A DNA stretch of 64,000 nucleotides, taken from the NCBI RefSeq assembly GCF_009834535.1, contig NC_045696.1, positions 66,280,001-66,344,000 on the forward strand. Direction: 5' to 3'. The first letter of the stretch is position 1; each line of letters begins with the position of its first letter. Below the pieces are notes generated by a model, which made no database searches, was not told the origin of the DNA, and was given only the letters and a program-made list of their open reading frames with translations. Both the position numbers and the translations under genes were made by a program. This document shows positions 51,900 through 64,000 of this stretch, piece by piece. This DNA is from Camelus ferus (lineage: Eukaryota).

Positions 51900-53670
51900 A
51901 ACAGTCAACGAAGCAGAAACTTGTGACCAATAACCAAAAGAAAACACAGTTAATGACAGCAGTGTCACGAATGACCCAGACCTACCTATTGGAATTATCA
52001 AAGACTTTAAAAATAATAATTATACATGTGATAAAACACTTCAAAGTAAAGATAAATACAATGAGAAAGAGAAATAGAAACTCTAAAAATAGCCAAGAGG
52101 AAAGTTTATAACTGAAAAATTCAATATCTGAAACTACAATATTAGTATGAGTGGACTCAATAGCAAACTGGACAGTAAAAGAAGAAAAAAATCAGTGAAC
52201 TTAAAGATAAACCAATACAAATCACCTAAACTGAAACAAAGAGAAAAAGGTGGGGGGGGGGCAGGAACTAATGACTTGGGAATTGATAAGAAGTGTATCA
52301 GATGATAGTAACTGAAGTCTCAGAAGGAAAGGAAAAATACATTGGAATAGCAAAATATGTTTAAAAAATTTTTGCTCAATAGATAAACAAGATTATACTG
52401 TATAGCACAGGGAAATATATACAAGATCTTATGGTAGCTCACAATGAAAAAAAAATGTGTCAATGAATATATGTATGTTCATGTATAACTGAAAAATTGT
52501 GCTCTACACTGGAATTTGACACAACGTTGTAAAATGACTATAACTCAATAAAAAAAGTTAAAAAATTATTGCTCAAATGTTTTAATTTCGTGAAATAAAA
52601 TCAATATGTATATCTCAAAAGTTCAATAAACTCAAACAGGAAAAATACAAAGAGAAGCAAAGAGATGAAAACTCAGAATAAAGGGAAAATTTTGAAAGAA
52701 GCCAAAGGCAAAGAAAAAAATAAACAAAGAGAAAAATATATATAACGTATAGGGAAACAGAAGTATAAGAATGATTAATTTCTCATTAGAAAAAATGCAA
52801 GTGAGGAAAAATAGAAGGGCACTTAAAAGAGTTAAAACAAAGCAAACCAAAACAAAAAGTCAATCTATAATTTTAATCCAATAAAAATATCCTTTCAGTG
52901 CGAAGTTAAAAGGACTAACTGGGATAATGTGCTGACATGCTCAATTAATAATTATTACTATGAAATAATGGGCACTTCATAAATAGTGTAAAGACTGAGC
53001 TCTCAGTGCCTTTGAAGTGACTCACACAGTGGACACTCAATAAACGTGGGCTGAATGAAAGAATTAAACAATCGCAGTGCATATAAATGTTTTAAGAGCT
53101 TAATGTCTGTGTGATAATAATAGATGTTTGTTCTTTATCAGAAAAAATAATAATAAGGTGAAAAATGACATTTTCATATAAACAAAAATTTAGTATAGTA
53201 TAGAAAACCTATACTAAACATAATTCCTTAATTTCTACACTAAACATAATTAAACTAATTTGTTTAAAAAATGATGGTTTAAAGCAAGAATAGTAACAAT
53301 ATTTTACGGGATTTGTCACATTGAAAATAGCACAGAGGAGGGTTAAATCTCTCTCTATATATTTTGTTAGGGTCTTACTTTTATAAGTGAAATGTTACAA
53401 TAGTACTTCAAGGTAGACTATGATAATATAAGAATGTATAATTTAATCCTTAGAGTAACCACCAGAAAAAAGTAAAAATAAAGCAAAAGGACATAGTTAA
53501 AATAGCAACAGAGAAAATTAAGTTCAACTCTAAGAAAAAATAAAGTTTAAAGAAAGCAGCAAAGGAGGAACAAAGGAATAAAAAAAAAACAGAGTGGGAA
53601 AAATAAAAAATGAGATGGTAGGCTTACGTTCAACCAAATCAATAATTACATTAAATGTAACTGACCTGAA
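51900..53670 (+). mobile_element. Ancient L1 ORF1 / ORF1-ORF2 junction remnants
   Basis: A-rich, with aactgaaaaattcaatatctgaa...ggactcaatagca...atcagtgaacttaaagata and aataattacattaaatgtaa (like the ORF2 start). Confidence 0.65.
52380..52559 (+). mobile_element. Young, very short L1 3' end inserted in the older L1
   Basis: agataaacaagattatactgtatagcacagggaaatata...actataactcaataaaaaaa. TSD AAAAAATT(T/A)TTGCTCAA at 52363-52379 and 52560-52576. Confidence 0.88.
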
Positions 53671-54307
53671 AGCTCTAGCTACACACTGTTCTTACCTCAC
53701 CCATCCACCCCATTTTTACTCTTATTATAACAGTTCAGTTTCTTATCATCTGTGTTAACAACTGAGAGGACTTCCTAAAATGGTCTTCCTGCCTCAATTT
53801 CCTCCCGTGCCACAATACCAGGAAAATCTTTCTGAAACTTGCCACGGAACTCAGCTCACACAATCCTGTCTATTGCCTGGCCAGTTCCGCTCCCACCTAG
53901 ATGTGAGGTTACAGGTCTCTTATCTGTAAAAGAGGCCCTGTAGCTGAATGTTGGAACCTGAGGAAATGTCCCTATTGCCCTCCCTGGAAACAGTCTACAC
54001 TGTTTTAGAGAGTTTTGTAGACCCTTTATCTTGGACTGGATTTCTGACTCTCAGCTCTAATTCTTTGGGCATCTCTGCTTAGTTTGTAAGGTTTCTTTGT
54101 CTTGTTTACTTTGTCCTAAACACTGCAGTCAGTCTCTTGGCTCCACAATTAGCGGCTAAAGGTCAACCAAGCCTCAATTCCAACTCAACCCAACCTAGGC
54201 AGTTCAGCCCAATTTAGAATCCCAGTCCTTGTCAGAATATCACCAGCTTGGCAGCAGGAGAATTTCAATACTTTACACTGTCAAAACTTCAGCATGTTTT
54301 ATTTATT

Positions 54308-54530
54308 TGAAACAACAGTTTTCTATTGTATAGCACAAAGGTCTCTATTTAATATCTTGTGATATTGAAAAATATAATGAAAACCTATAATGAAAAAGAA
54401 TATGAAAATGAATATATATGTATATGTATGACTGAAACATTATGCTGTACACCAGAAATTGACACAACAGTGTAAACTGATTCTCCTTCAATTAAAAAAA
54501 AATTTTTATTTAAAAAAATTTAAAAAAAAA
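54308..54530 (+). mobile_element. L1 3' end (artiodactyl-type)
   Basis: tatgactgaaacattatgctgtacaccagaaattgacacaaca...ttcaattaaaaaaaa; same family as 43015-43320. Confidence 0.85.
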
Positions 54531-56449
54531 CCCTCCTGCACACAGTTTCCTTCACATCAAGCCCCATGGCTTTTTTAAGCCATAACTTTCAGTGACACTT
54601 AAATTTCAGAAATTCCCTGGACACACCATTTCATCTCATTAGTTTGCATCGTTATGCTCCCTCTTTCTTCTTTGTGAAATACCCTAACCATCTTCTCTGC
54701 TTTGGGAACTCTTACCCATCCTCTAAGACTTGGTTCCAATCTCACACATACTGTGAGGAGCAGAGTTAGTCTGCCTCCACTTCCTCAGTATCCCAAGTTA
54801 CTTTGAACCTGCACTGATCACATTAGTTGTTAAGTACTGTCTGCCTGCTCTCACCATTAATCTGTGAGGAACAAGATTTTATCATTGAGTCCTCTTTGCA
54901 CTTACAACTAAACTAGAACAAGAAACCTATCAATAAAAGAATAAAGAATATACCCATTAACTTGTTAGAAGCAATTATGGGATTACAATAAAGTCACACA
55001 AAATTCACTCATTTAATTCAACTAAAATTCCATAAGAACTTATATAGAGTTAGAGTTCAGGAGTATGTGGAAGGAATGTATGGTTAATAATACCTAGTAA
55101 GTAGGGAGAGATCAAATTTAGAAGTCCTTCATGCAACATGTGTGAAGTCTAAACTTAATTTAAATGTTAAGGTTATTTGTTCAGAAGCAAAATTGATGAT
55201 AATCTTTATTCAGCAACATTTTTTGCACAGACAGGGCAAATTATAGCACAAACAAGATTGAGGAAAGTGCTTAAAACACTTCAATTACCTAGTTCTAGCA
55301 CTTTACAAGTACTCAATTATATGCAGAAAATTGATAGCCTGATTGCAAATCCTACTTACTGTACTATTAAGAAAGTTCCAAAGGCTTCTATTCAATAGCA
55401 GTTTATTAATTAGCTTGAGTAAATATATGTATCAAAACAACAGAATATTAGAAAGTTATTCCAGAATGAGACCTCTGCAATTTGTGAACCTGCATCCTTT
55501 AAAAATAATAACAATAAATTAGGTTTCAGTAATGTCCTGGATCATCAATATTTTCCAAAGGAAGGGCCATACTATCTTATTTAGGTAAATTTACCAACTA
55601 AATTGAACCAAAAATTTCAGTAAGTACTGAAGACCTTCCAAGAATGACAACTGAGAAAAACAAAGATGATCTGAGGCAGAATTTCATTTAATTAAAAGAT
55701 TATGTTCATTGAATTTCAATTTAGACAGGCCCATACAATGGGTCAGGCCATCATCTGTTTTCTAATATAATCTTGGCTTGTTGAAGCTTTGAGCAATGGA
55801 CTTATGCTTGAATTTTCCAGGAAAAAAAATTCACTCTAGAAACTAATTAAGACACCTTGGGAATAAGCATCAAGCTGTCATCTCAAAATCCCACACAATT
55901 TATGATTATCTTGCAAGTGGTGTTGTCTCTGGAGATGTTCTTACCTTCCAGCCCACATTTTTTTGTGTGGTAGAGAATTTACAGAGTGAGTTTCTCTATC
56001 TGACTGATTCATTTTTTGGTACCGATGAGGGATTTGCTGGTTTTTATTCTACTCTACATACTCAGTCCTATGTGGCACTGCTTCTTTGAAAATTGCTGAA
56101 TTGGAGAAATGAGTGCATTAAGGTTAGATATTCTTCTCACAGTGTGAGAAGAACCATGCTTTATAACTCATACTTTGTTTCTAGTTTGTCTTCATAGTTT
56201 TTCTTAGTGGCCCTTATCATGATGTAAAATTCACAAAGTCACATTCTGGCCTTATGAAACAGGAATTTGAAGCCAGAAGAAAGTAATTTTCCCCATATCA
56301 CAAGGAAAATTATATTCAATCTCATTTGTGAAAGAAATGTAAAAATGAGAAAACCCAGCGAACAAAGATCAAAATCTCAAATCCCTGCTATATTATAATA
56401 CATCTTATTCCTCAGTATGTACAAGCCTCTTGTTTAGAATCCCAGTCTA

Positions 56450-57075
56450 CACTATGTATTGAACATTTACTACTAACAGGCCTCTGTGCTACTCCCTATG
56501 ACCTGGAGAAGATGCAAACATAAAAGTAAAATAAATGGTTCCTACCCTCAAGGAATTTAAAAATTGTGGCAAAAAGATAAACTAATGCTAATATGAATTA
56601 AAGTGTAATAAGGGCCATAAGACTAGTATAAAGTGATGTGGGATAATTCAGAAAGAAATGTGACAGGGAGACTCAAAGATGGCTTTAGACAGGTTGAGGT
56701 GTTGAATTGAGTTTTAAAGGAAGAGAAGATTTATGATGGTAAGAAAGAAGAAGACTAGAAAGCAATCTAGGCTAATGAGTAAAGCACCAAAGTGAGAAAA
56801 TAAAAAATGTAGTCTTTGTATGCGGAGTGCAGGGTGTGATGTAGGAGTCAGAAAAGTAAGTTCAGATCTATTTGTGAAGAATTTTGCAGTGCTAAGAAAT
56901 TGGATTTAAGTTTTTGGGAAATCAAAGGCCCTTAAACATCATGTTTAGAGTTTAGAAAGATTCCCTTAGAACTGAGTAAAGTGTAGAAGAATAACTGGAA
57001 TGAGGAAAGAAAAAAAAAAAAGGCAAGGAAAATAATTAGGGCTTGTTGTTTTAGTCCAGGCAAAGATAAAGAGCA
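56450..57075 (-). mobile_element. LINE-2 3' fragment, interrupted by the L1 at 57076 and resuming after about 60364
   Basis: ttgaacatttactac...cctaccctcaaggaattta...ttttagaaagattccct...tagtccaggcaaagat is antisense L2. Confidence 0.65.
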
Positions 57076-58254
57076 CTTGCATCATAATGGAAGTCCTAGC
57101 CAGAGAAATTAGGCAAGAAAAAGAAATAAAGGGCAACCAGATTGGATAGGAAGAAGTAGAATCATCTCTGTTTGTAGATGATATGATCTTACATGTAGAA
57201 AACAATTCCATACACATATATACACACAAAACCTATTAGAACTAAAATGACTTCATTAAAGTAGTAGGACACAAAGTCAACACACACACAAAAAAAATCA
57301 ATTGCTTTTCTATAAATCAACAACGAGCAATCTGAAAAGTAAATTACAAAAACAATTCAATTTACAATAGCAGCAAAAAGAATAGAAGATTTAGAAATTA
57401 ATTTAACCAAGGAAGTGAAAGACGTGTATAATGACAATTACAAAACATTGCTGAAATAAATTAAGAAGACATAATATTAATATTAAAAATATGTAAATAA
57501 ATGGAAATATATCACATGTTTATGGATTGGAAGATTTAATATTGTTAAAATGTGAATACTACCCAAAGCAATCAACAGATTCAATAAAATCCCTATAAAA
57601 TCCTAATGATGGTTTTTGCAAAAATAGAAAAGTGCATTCTAAAATTCATATGGAATATCAAGGGAGCTTGAGTAGCCAAAACAATTATGAAAAAGAAGAC
57701 CAAAACTAGAAGACTCACACTTCTGATTTTAAAACTTACACAAAGCTACAGTATTCAAAACAGTGTGGTATTAACATAATACCAATGGAATAGAATAGAG
57801 AGTCCAGAAATAAACCCTTATGTGTACATACAGTTAAAGGATTTTAACAAAAGTGCCTAGACCATTCAATGGGGAAATGACAGTCTTTTTGACAAATGAT
57901 GCTGAGAAAACAGGATATCCACATGCAAAAGAGTGAAGTTTGACCCTTACCTAGCACCATAAAAAAGAAAGTAACTCAAAATGATTCAGTCTTTAATATA
58001 AGACCTAAAACAATAAAACTTTTAGCAGAAAACATAAAACAAAAAACTTCACAGCATTGGATCCAACATTACTTTTTGGATATAGCCAAAGACATAGGTA
58101 ACAAAGAAAAAAAATAGACAGATTGGACTTCCTGAATATTTAAAAATTTGTGCATCAAAAGATAATATTGAAAAAATAAAAAAGGCAATCCACATAATGA
58201 GAGAATATATTTGATAAGAGATTAACAACCAGAATATATAGATAACTCCTAAAA

Positions 58255-58274
58255 CTCAACAACAACAACAACAA

Positions 58275-58308
<34 letters not shown>
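58255..58308. repeat. (CAA)n microsatellite within L1
   Basis: caacaacaac... array with one interruption. Confidence 0.95.
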
Positions 58309-58309
<1 letters not shown>

Positions 58310-58487
58310 GTACCCACAAATAACCCAGTTCAAAAATGGGCAAAGAACTTGAATAGACACTTCTCCAAAAAAGATATACAAATAGTCAATAAGCACATGA
58401 AAATATGATCAATGTCACTAACAATGAGGGAGATGCAGATCAAAACTACAGTGAGATACTACCTCATAACCATTTAAATAGCTACTA

Positions 58488-58501
58488 TAAGAAAGAAGAA
58501 A

Positions 58502-58573
<72 letters not shown>

Positions 58574-58679
58574 GAAGGAAGGAAGAAAGAAAGAAAGAAA
58601 GAAGAAAGGAAGAAAGAAGAAGGAAGAAAGGAAAGAAAGGAAGGAAGAAAGGAAGAAAGGAAGGAAGAAAGGAAGAAAA
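58488..58679. repeat. Compound (GAAA)n/(GGAA)n microsatellite within L1
   Basis: About 190 bp of pure purines; explains ORF 58405..58746. Confidence 0.95.
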
Positions 58680-59103
58680 CAGGTGTTGGCCAGGATGTAG
58701 AGAAACTGGAACTAGGGTTTCTGTAGCCTTAGTGCACTACTGTTAGGGATGTAAAATGGTACAGCCACTATGGAAAACAGTATGGAAGTTCCTCAAAAAA
58801 TTTAAAGTAGAATTATCATATAATACAGCATTCAACTCTGGATATACACCCCAAAGTATTAAAAACAAGGTCTTGAAGAATATTTGTACATCCATGTTCA
58901 TAACAGCACTATTCACAATAGCTAAACATGGAAGCAATCCAAGTGCCCATCAAAAGATAAATGGGTAAGTATATATAGTACATACACACAATGGAGCATT
59001 ATTCAGCCTTAAAAAGGAAGTAAATTTTGACATATACTACAACATGGATGAACCTTAAGAACATTATGCTAAGTGAAACAAGTCAGTCAAAAAAGACAAA
59101 TAC

Positions 59104-59162
59104 TGTATTTGAGATAATAGAGAAAAAAGAGACGTGTATGAATGTGTGTGTTTGTGTGTATA

Positions 59163-59205
<43 letters not shown>

Positions 59206-60073
59206 AGAGGTCTACATATGTCTTTGGCCCGGTTCCTGGCATAGGGCTCCTAAAACCCTTGTAATTTCCTAAATGATGGAAGTACTAGGAGCATTCTTGT
59301 TCTAAAATTTGTCTTTGATCCCGTCCCTCCCAGGGGGCTTCAGAAACCCTTGTAAATCTCTAAGTGATAAAAGCACTAGGAGTACTTTTTGATCTAATGA
59401 GATGACTTAGGTGGGCTCCTGGGTGACTCCGGATGGGGTTGTCACCAGAAACACCAAGCCATGATTAGAAGCTTGGAATTTTCACCTCCACCCAACCCCA
59501 TCCTACAGAGAAGGGAGAGGGACTGGAAATAGCATTAATGTTTGATCATATCTATATGAGGAAACCTCCATAAAATTCTAATAGTATAGGGTTCAGGGAG
59601 CTTCCAGGTGTGCAAACGTAGCCACAGCGGGAGGGTGATGCATCCTCGCTCCACAGGGATAGAAGTTCCAGCACTTGAGACCATCCCAGAACTTGCTCTA
59701 AGGTATCTCTTCACCTGACTCTTTCCTGTATCATATTCTTTAATAAACTGGTAAGCCTAAGTGTTTCCCTGGGTTTTGTGAGCTGCTCTAGCAAATGAAT
59801 TGAACCCAAAAAAGGGGTAGTTGGAACCTCTGATCTATAGCTGGTTGGTCAGAAGTACAAGTGATTACCTGTGCTTCTGGTGTTTCTGGTGGCGGAAGGG
59901 CAGTCTTGTGGGACTAAGCCTGTGGGATCTGACACTGTCTCCAAGTAGATAGTGTCAGAATTGAGTTAAATTGTAGTACATCCAGCTAGAGTCACAGAAA
60001 ATTCCTCACTGGATATGTAGGCGAACCCCACTCCCAACACTAATAGGATCTTAGAATCTTTATGTTGTATACA
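59104..60073. mobile_element. MER21-like solo LTR nested in the L1 3' UTR, containing (TG)n(TA)n at about 59143-59202
   Basis: Splits the L1 phrase gacaaatactgtat|gattccactta. Contains ggttcctggcatagggctcctaaaacccttg (internally duplicated near 59252 and 59344) and gatagtgtcagaattgagttaaattgtag. Confidence 0.75.
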
Positions 60074-61139
60074 TGATTCCACTTACATGAGGTATTCAGA
60101 GTAATCAAAATCACAGAGACAGAAAGGGGAATGGCAGATGCTAGAGGCTGGAGGGAGGGGAAAATGGAGAGTTATTGTTTAATGGGTACAAAGTTTCAAT
60201 TTTACAAGGTGAAAAGAGTTATGGAGTTGGATGGTGGTCATGATTACAAAACATTGTGAATTTATTTATTACCATTGCACTGTATACTTAAAAACAGTTA
60301 AGGTGGCAAATTTTATTACATGTATTTTACCTCAATAATTTTTTTTTTTAAAGATAGAGAGCATCTGAACCAATGTTGGCTGTAAGGATAAAGAGGAGAC
60401 AAAGAATGTGAGAAATTTTTCAGAGACAAAATTCAAAGTTCTCAGAGAAGAGTATGCCTTAATGAGTAAGTAGAGCTAAGGTTATCTTGGTTCTAATGCT
60501 AGCTCTGTTGTTTACTAGTTACATAGTCTTGGAGAAATTTCACGTTTTAGAAGCACATCTCCAGAATTCTGCCAAATTTAGGATTAGGACACACTCCATA
60601 GGATAGTCATGCCATATGAACATCTTCTGTAAAAATGGAGGCAACTCCTTAAGTTAAAAAAAAAAAGGATTATGATTAAATTGAATTCCTTTCAAGTGGG
60701 TATACTGAAAAGAATTTTGTATATATTGGGTAATAATCAGAAAGCATTTTCATAATATGCAGTATTAATTTTTATCTTTTTTTAACATTTTTATCTTTTG
60801 AGAATATAAAATGAAAGACTGTATAATAGAGGATAGAGAATCATATACCTACTATACTAATATCCTTATTTATTAATTCACAAAGGGTAACTTCTAAATT
60901 TAAATACAATATTGTATAACATGCTTAATAATCAAATAAAATATTTTAAAACCTAAATTATGAGTGATATCTGTAATCATCAAAATTCAAAATTATATAC
61001 ATGATTCAAACTTGTAATGATAATTCTTGCTTTCTTTTGTAACACTGAATATTTATTTCAGCAAGACTTTATGGTATGAGAAAAAGATAAATATTTTCTT
61101 CAAAATACGAGCTATCTCAATATCTCTACTGCTCTTATG

Positions 61140-61350
61140 TTTTATTTATTTAATTTTTTAACTTTTTAGTGAGATAGAGTTGATTTACAATGTTGTGTTA
61201 ATTTCTGGTGTACAGCATAATGATTCAGTTGTACTTTTTTTTTCATTTTCCTTCATTACAGGCTATTACAAGGTATTAAATATAGTTCCCTGTGCTATAC
61301 AATAGGACGTTGTTGTTGATGTATTTTCTATACAGTAGTTAGTATCTGTA
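61140..61350 (-). mobile_element. L1 3' end (artiodactyl-type)
   Basis: gttgatttacaatgttgtgttaatttctggtgtacagcataatgattcagtt...tatagttccctgtgctatacaatagg. Confidence 0.85.
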
Positions 61351-64000
61351 ATGCTAGTTTTGTTGCAAAGTTAATTATTTTGTATGTTTGAATATGAATA
61401 ACGTTCGGTTTTAGATGAGACTGGGGGAGGATTATATAATCATTACAGATAAACATGTCTTTGGTTTACCACAGATAGGTAATTTACTACGGTATTATTT
61501 GTGCCTGGCAGATTAAAAACTTTCCATTAGTCTGAAAATCTACAGATTCATCCAGACATGATGTATCTATGTTTCATGTATACAAACATTGTTACAAAAA
61601 AAAATTTAACTTTGAAAATTATGATACTCTATGATCATATTATGCTTACTATAGCAGTATTTTATCAGCCATTAAAGCAGAACAATCTGGAAAAAAAAGA
61701 AATATACTCAAGCTTGTCTATTAATCTCATAAAATGCACTTATAAAAATAACCTAAAGATGTAGTTATTAATTAGTGTTCACACTTGTTTGATGTAAGAA
61801 CCTGAAAAGAAAAAAGATTTCAAATGCCTAATCTATCAAGATGATGGTTTTTACTATTTTCTGCAGAAATCATTTTGGTTTACCTCTTGACTTCTTTTAG
61901 GCTCAGTTCAATTTTTAATGACTGAAGATCTCCATGTGAAATATCCTGAAAGGTAAAAATGGAAGACTTCAGATGTCTGTCAAATAGAAAAGTTAAAAAA
62001 AATCCACAAGTTAAAAATCTAATTATGGACCTGGATACAGCTTCATTCTTTTTGTTTGCATACCTCAGCTCCAGTAATAATTAACTATATTGCAGTTTTC
62101 TTTCTACATGAGCCACCTCCTGGCATTGACTATGAGCATGCCACTGGGATGTCCGTGAATGTGAAAACTCCATTAAAATGCCCTATATTGGTTTTCACAG
62201 GATTATGAGGAAACTTATAAAAAATCATAGCAACCTTAATGTTTATTATTAGAATTACTAGAGAGTGATATTCAAAGCCCATAAATTACACGTTTCTAAT
62301 AATCTGAGACGTGATGTTTTCTTTTAAATTCTCATTACTTTTAAATCTTCCTAGAGAAAAGATGAAGCTTTTTAAAAAAATTATTTCTCAATTAGTTCTT
62401 ACTAGAAAGTTTTCAAAAAGCAATAAATAAACAGAAGTGCACAGCACATTGTCCTTGTAGTCCCAAATCAAAAATTTAAAGAGAAAGGAGTAGGACTTGG
62501 GGATTTTCGACAAGTCAGTAAACTGTTTAAGAATTCGGCTGAAGTGATGTAAAGAAAGATCACAGAAATCAATACGTGGGTAGAAATGAAAATAGGAAAA
62601 CAACAAAGTTAAAGTTGTCAACAAGTCAAAAGCAAATGAGTCTAAGTCTAGCCACAGTAATCCCTACTCATCATAGACATTTAATTATCTCTGAAAGTGT
62701 GTAATGATGGTGTGAGAAACAGAGGCCAGATTACTAGGAGGATTTGTTGTGTGTAAGAGTCAGGCCCACACAAGGGAGTTCTAACAATAACTTTGTAATA
62801 TTTTATATATGTTTGAGATTCTTTTAGTTTATTTTCTTCAGGTAAATATAACAGTGCCCCGCCCCAACCAGAAAAATCTTTAGAATAATGTTTATCTATT
62901 GAACAACTACTGTGAACACGATCTGTGAGCCAGCCCACTTGTTAAGTGCTCTAGAAGTGTTAAGAAGAACTCAGTAAATATACAGAAACCCAGTTACCCC
63001 GAACAAAAGAGATTTTATGAGCTGACATGGAAAGGCAGGGAATCACAAAAGGCAAGGATAGATCTAGTCTTGGGAATATTCAAATACAAGATACTAAGCC
63101 CTTTAGGATTCCCCGTCTCGTCTCTCTACATCTCCTATCTATTGGCTTTACTCTCTAATGACAAAAACTCCATAAGATCTGACTCAGGGTTTCAGGCAGT
63201 TCTAGGCTTACATTATCTACAACCTTATAACAAAAGAGGACAAAATTCTTCCCTATAGGCATCATTTTTTAGAAAGTAGAAAGGGCTTGTATTGGCCAGT
63301 TTAGGTCATGTGCTATCCCAGTCTGTGATGATTTATTCACCCGTCTTGCCATCATGGGGACAAAAAAGATGGTGATGGTCAACAAAAAACACATAAAGAA
63401 TAGTTTCTCAAGAAAAAGGATGTGCTATTATCAGAGAGAAGGATGCCCACCACAAAGAGAAATGAGATATCGATTAAATGAAGTTCTTGGCCTCAAGACA
63501 TTCAGAATTTATCAACAAATGCAATAAAAACGAACTATAATACTGTGATATGAACGCTGTACCAAAGGTATGTGTGAAATACCTTAATGTACAAAGATAA
63601 GACAAATGACAAATTTTAGATGTACCAAAGATGACAGTCGTCTGAAAAGGATCCCCAAAGAGGTCCTACTTGAGCTGGGACTATGCTGATTCCATTTCAC
63701 AAAATCATTTATTCAACAAATATTATTTAACATTTACTACGGGCTTAGTAGTTTATTAGGAATTGAGGGGAAATTAAGATTAAGTTGGGGTCAAGGTCCT
63801 TTCCCAAGAACACACAACTTCTGTATACTTAGCTGGTGTCACATTTAGGTCTGTCTGACACCTGTTTCTGACTGACAGAATGAAGGATAGAAAATAGAGG
63901 AAAGAAAACTATGAAATAATTTAGCACAATCACGGCTGCTTAAAGCCAGTGATGTTCTCATTGGCTGGGAGGAGTTACTATGAGGAAAGCAAGAGAGTCC

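Larger units (their letters stand above)
57076..60349 (+). mobile_element. 5'-truncated L1 (L1MA/MB-like): degraded ORF2 plus 3' UTR
   Basis: ggaagtcctagccagagaaattaggcaagaaaaagaaataaagggc (RT region). ORF 58756..58968 reads [24 protein letters not shown](A/G)AGAGCA at 57062-57075 and 60350-60363. Confidence 0.92.

Noticed and set aside
58155..58746. Poly-Leu and Lys/Glu/Arg-rich ORFs
   Set aside because: Translations of (CAA)n and (GAAA)n microsatellites inside an L1.
30000..64000. A second gene (e.g. CLDN1) or upstream non-coding CLDN16 exons
   Set aside because: No claudin-like or other recognisable coding exons were found. Non-coding exons cannot be supported without transcript data.

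Overview
Mammalian genomic DNA, probably camelid (inferred from a tRNA-Ala(AGC)-derived vic-1-type SINE and artiodactyl-type L1 3' ends). The window holds one complete, intact protein-coding gene, CLDN16 (claudin-16/paracellin-1), on the minus strand. Its five coding exons (28929-28816, 16904-16802, 13485-13321, 11210-11019, 10071-9938) total 708 nt, or 235 aa plus stop. All four introns are GT-AG and the protein ends in the PDZ ligand DTRV. The rest is introns and intergenic DNA dense in decayed transposons (L1, L2, MIR, MaLR/ERVL LTRs, MER DNA elements) and microsatellites. I found no convincing novel multi-gene system. The most interesting details are: (1) the ATG matching human CLDN16 Met1 is kept but frameshifted into a 73-codon uORF whose stop overlaps the true start (ATGA); (2) an L1 3' end fused to an inverted tRNA-Ala 5' half inside a single target-site duplication (TSD); (3) exon 2 starts with GTGAGC, so the exon 1/2 junction rebuilds a donor site; (4) several perfect palindromes and hairpins, including an inverted ETS-motif pair. 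Repeat family names and human protein comparisons are recalled, not aligned, and repeat boundaries are approximate.
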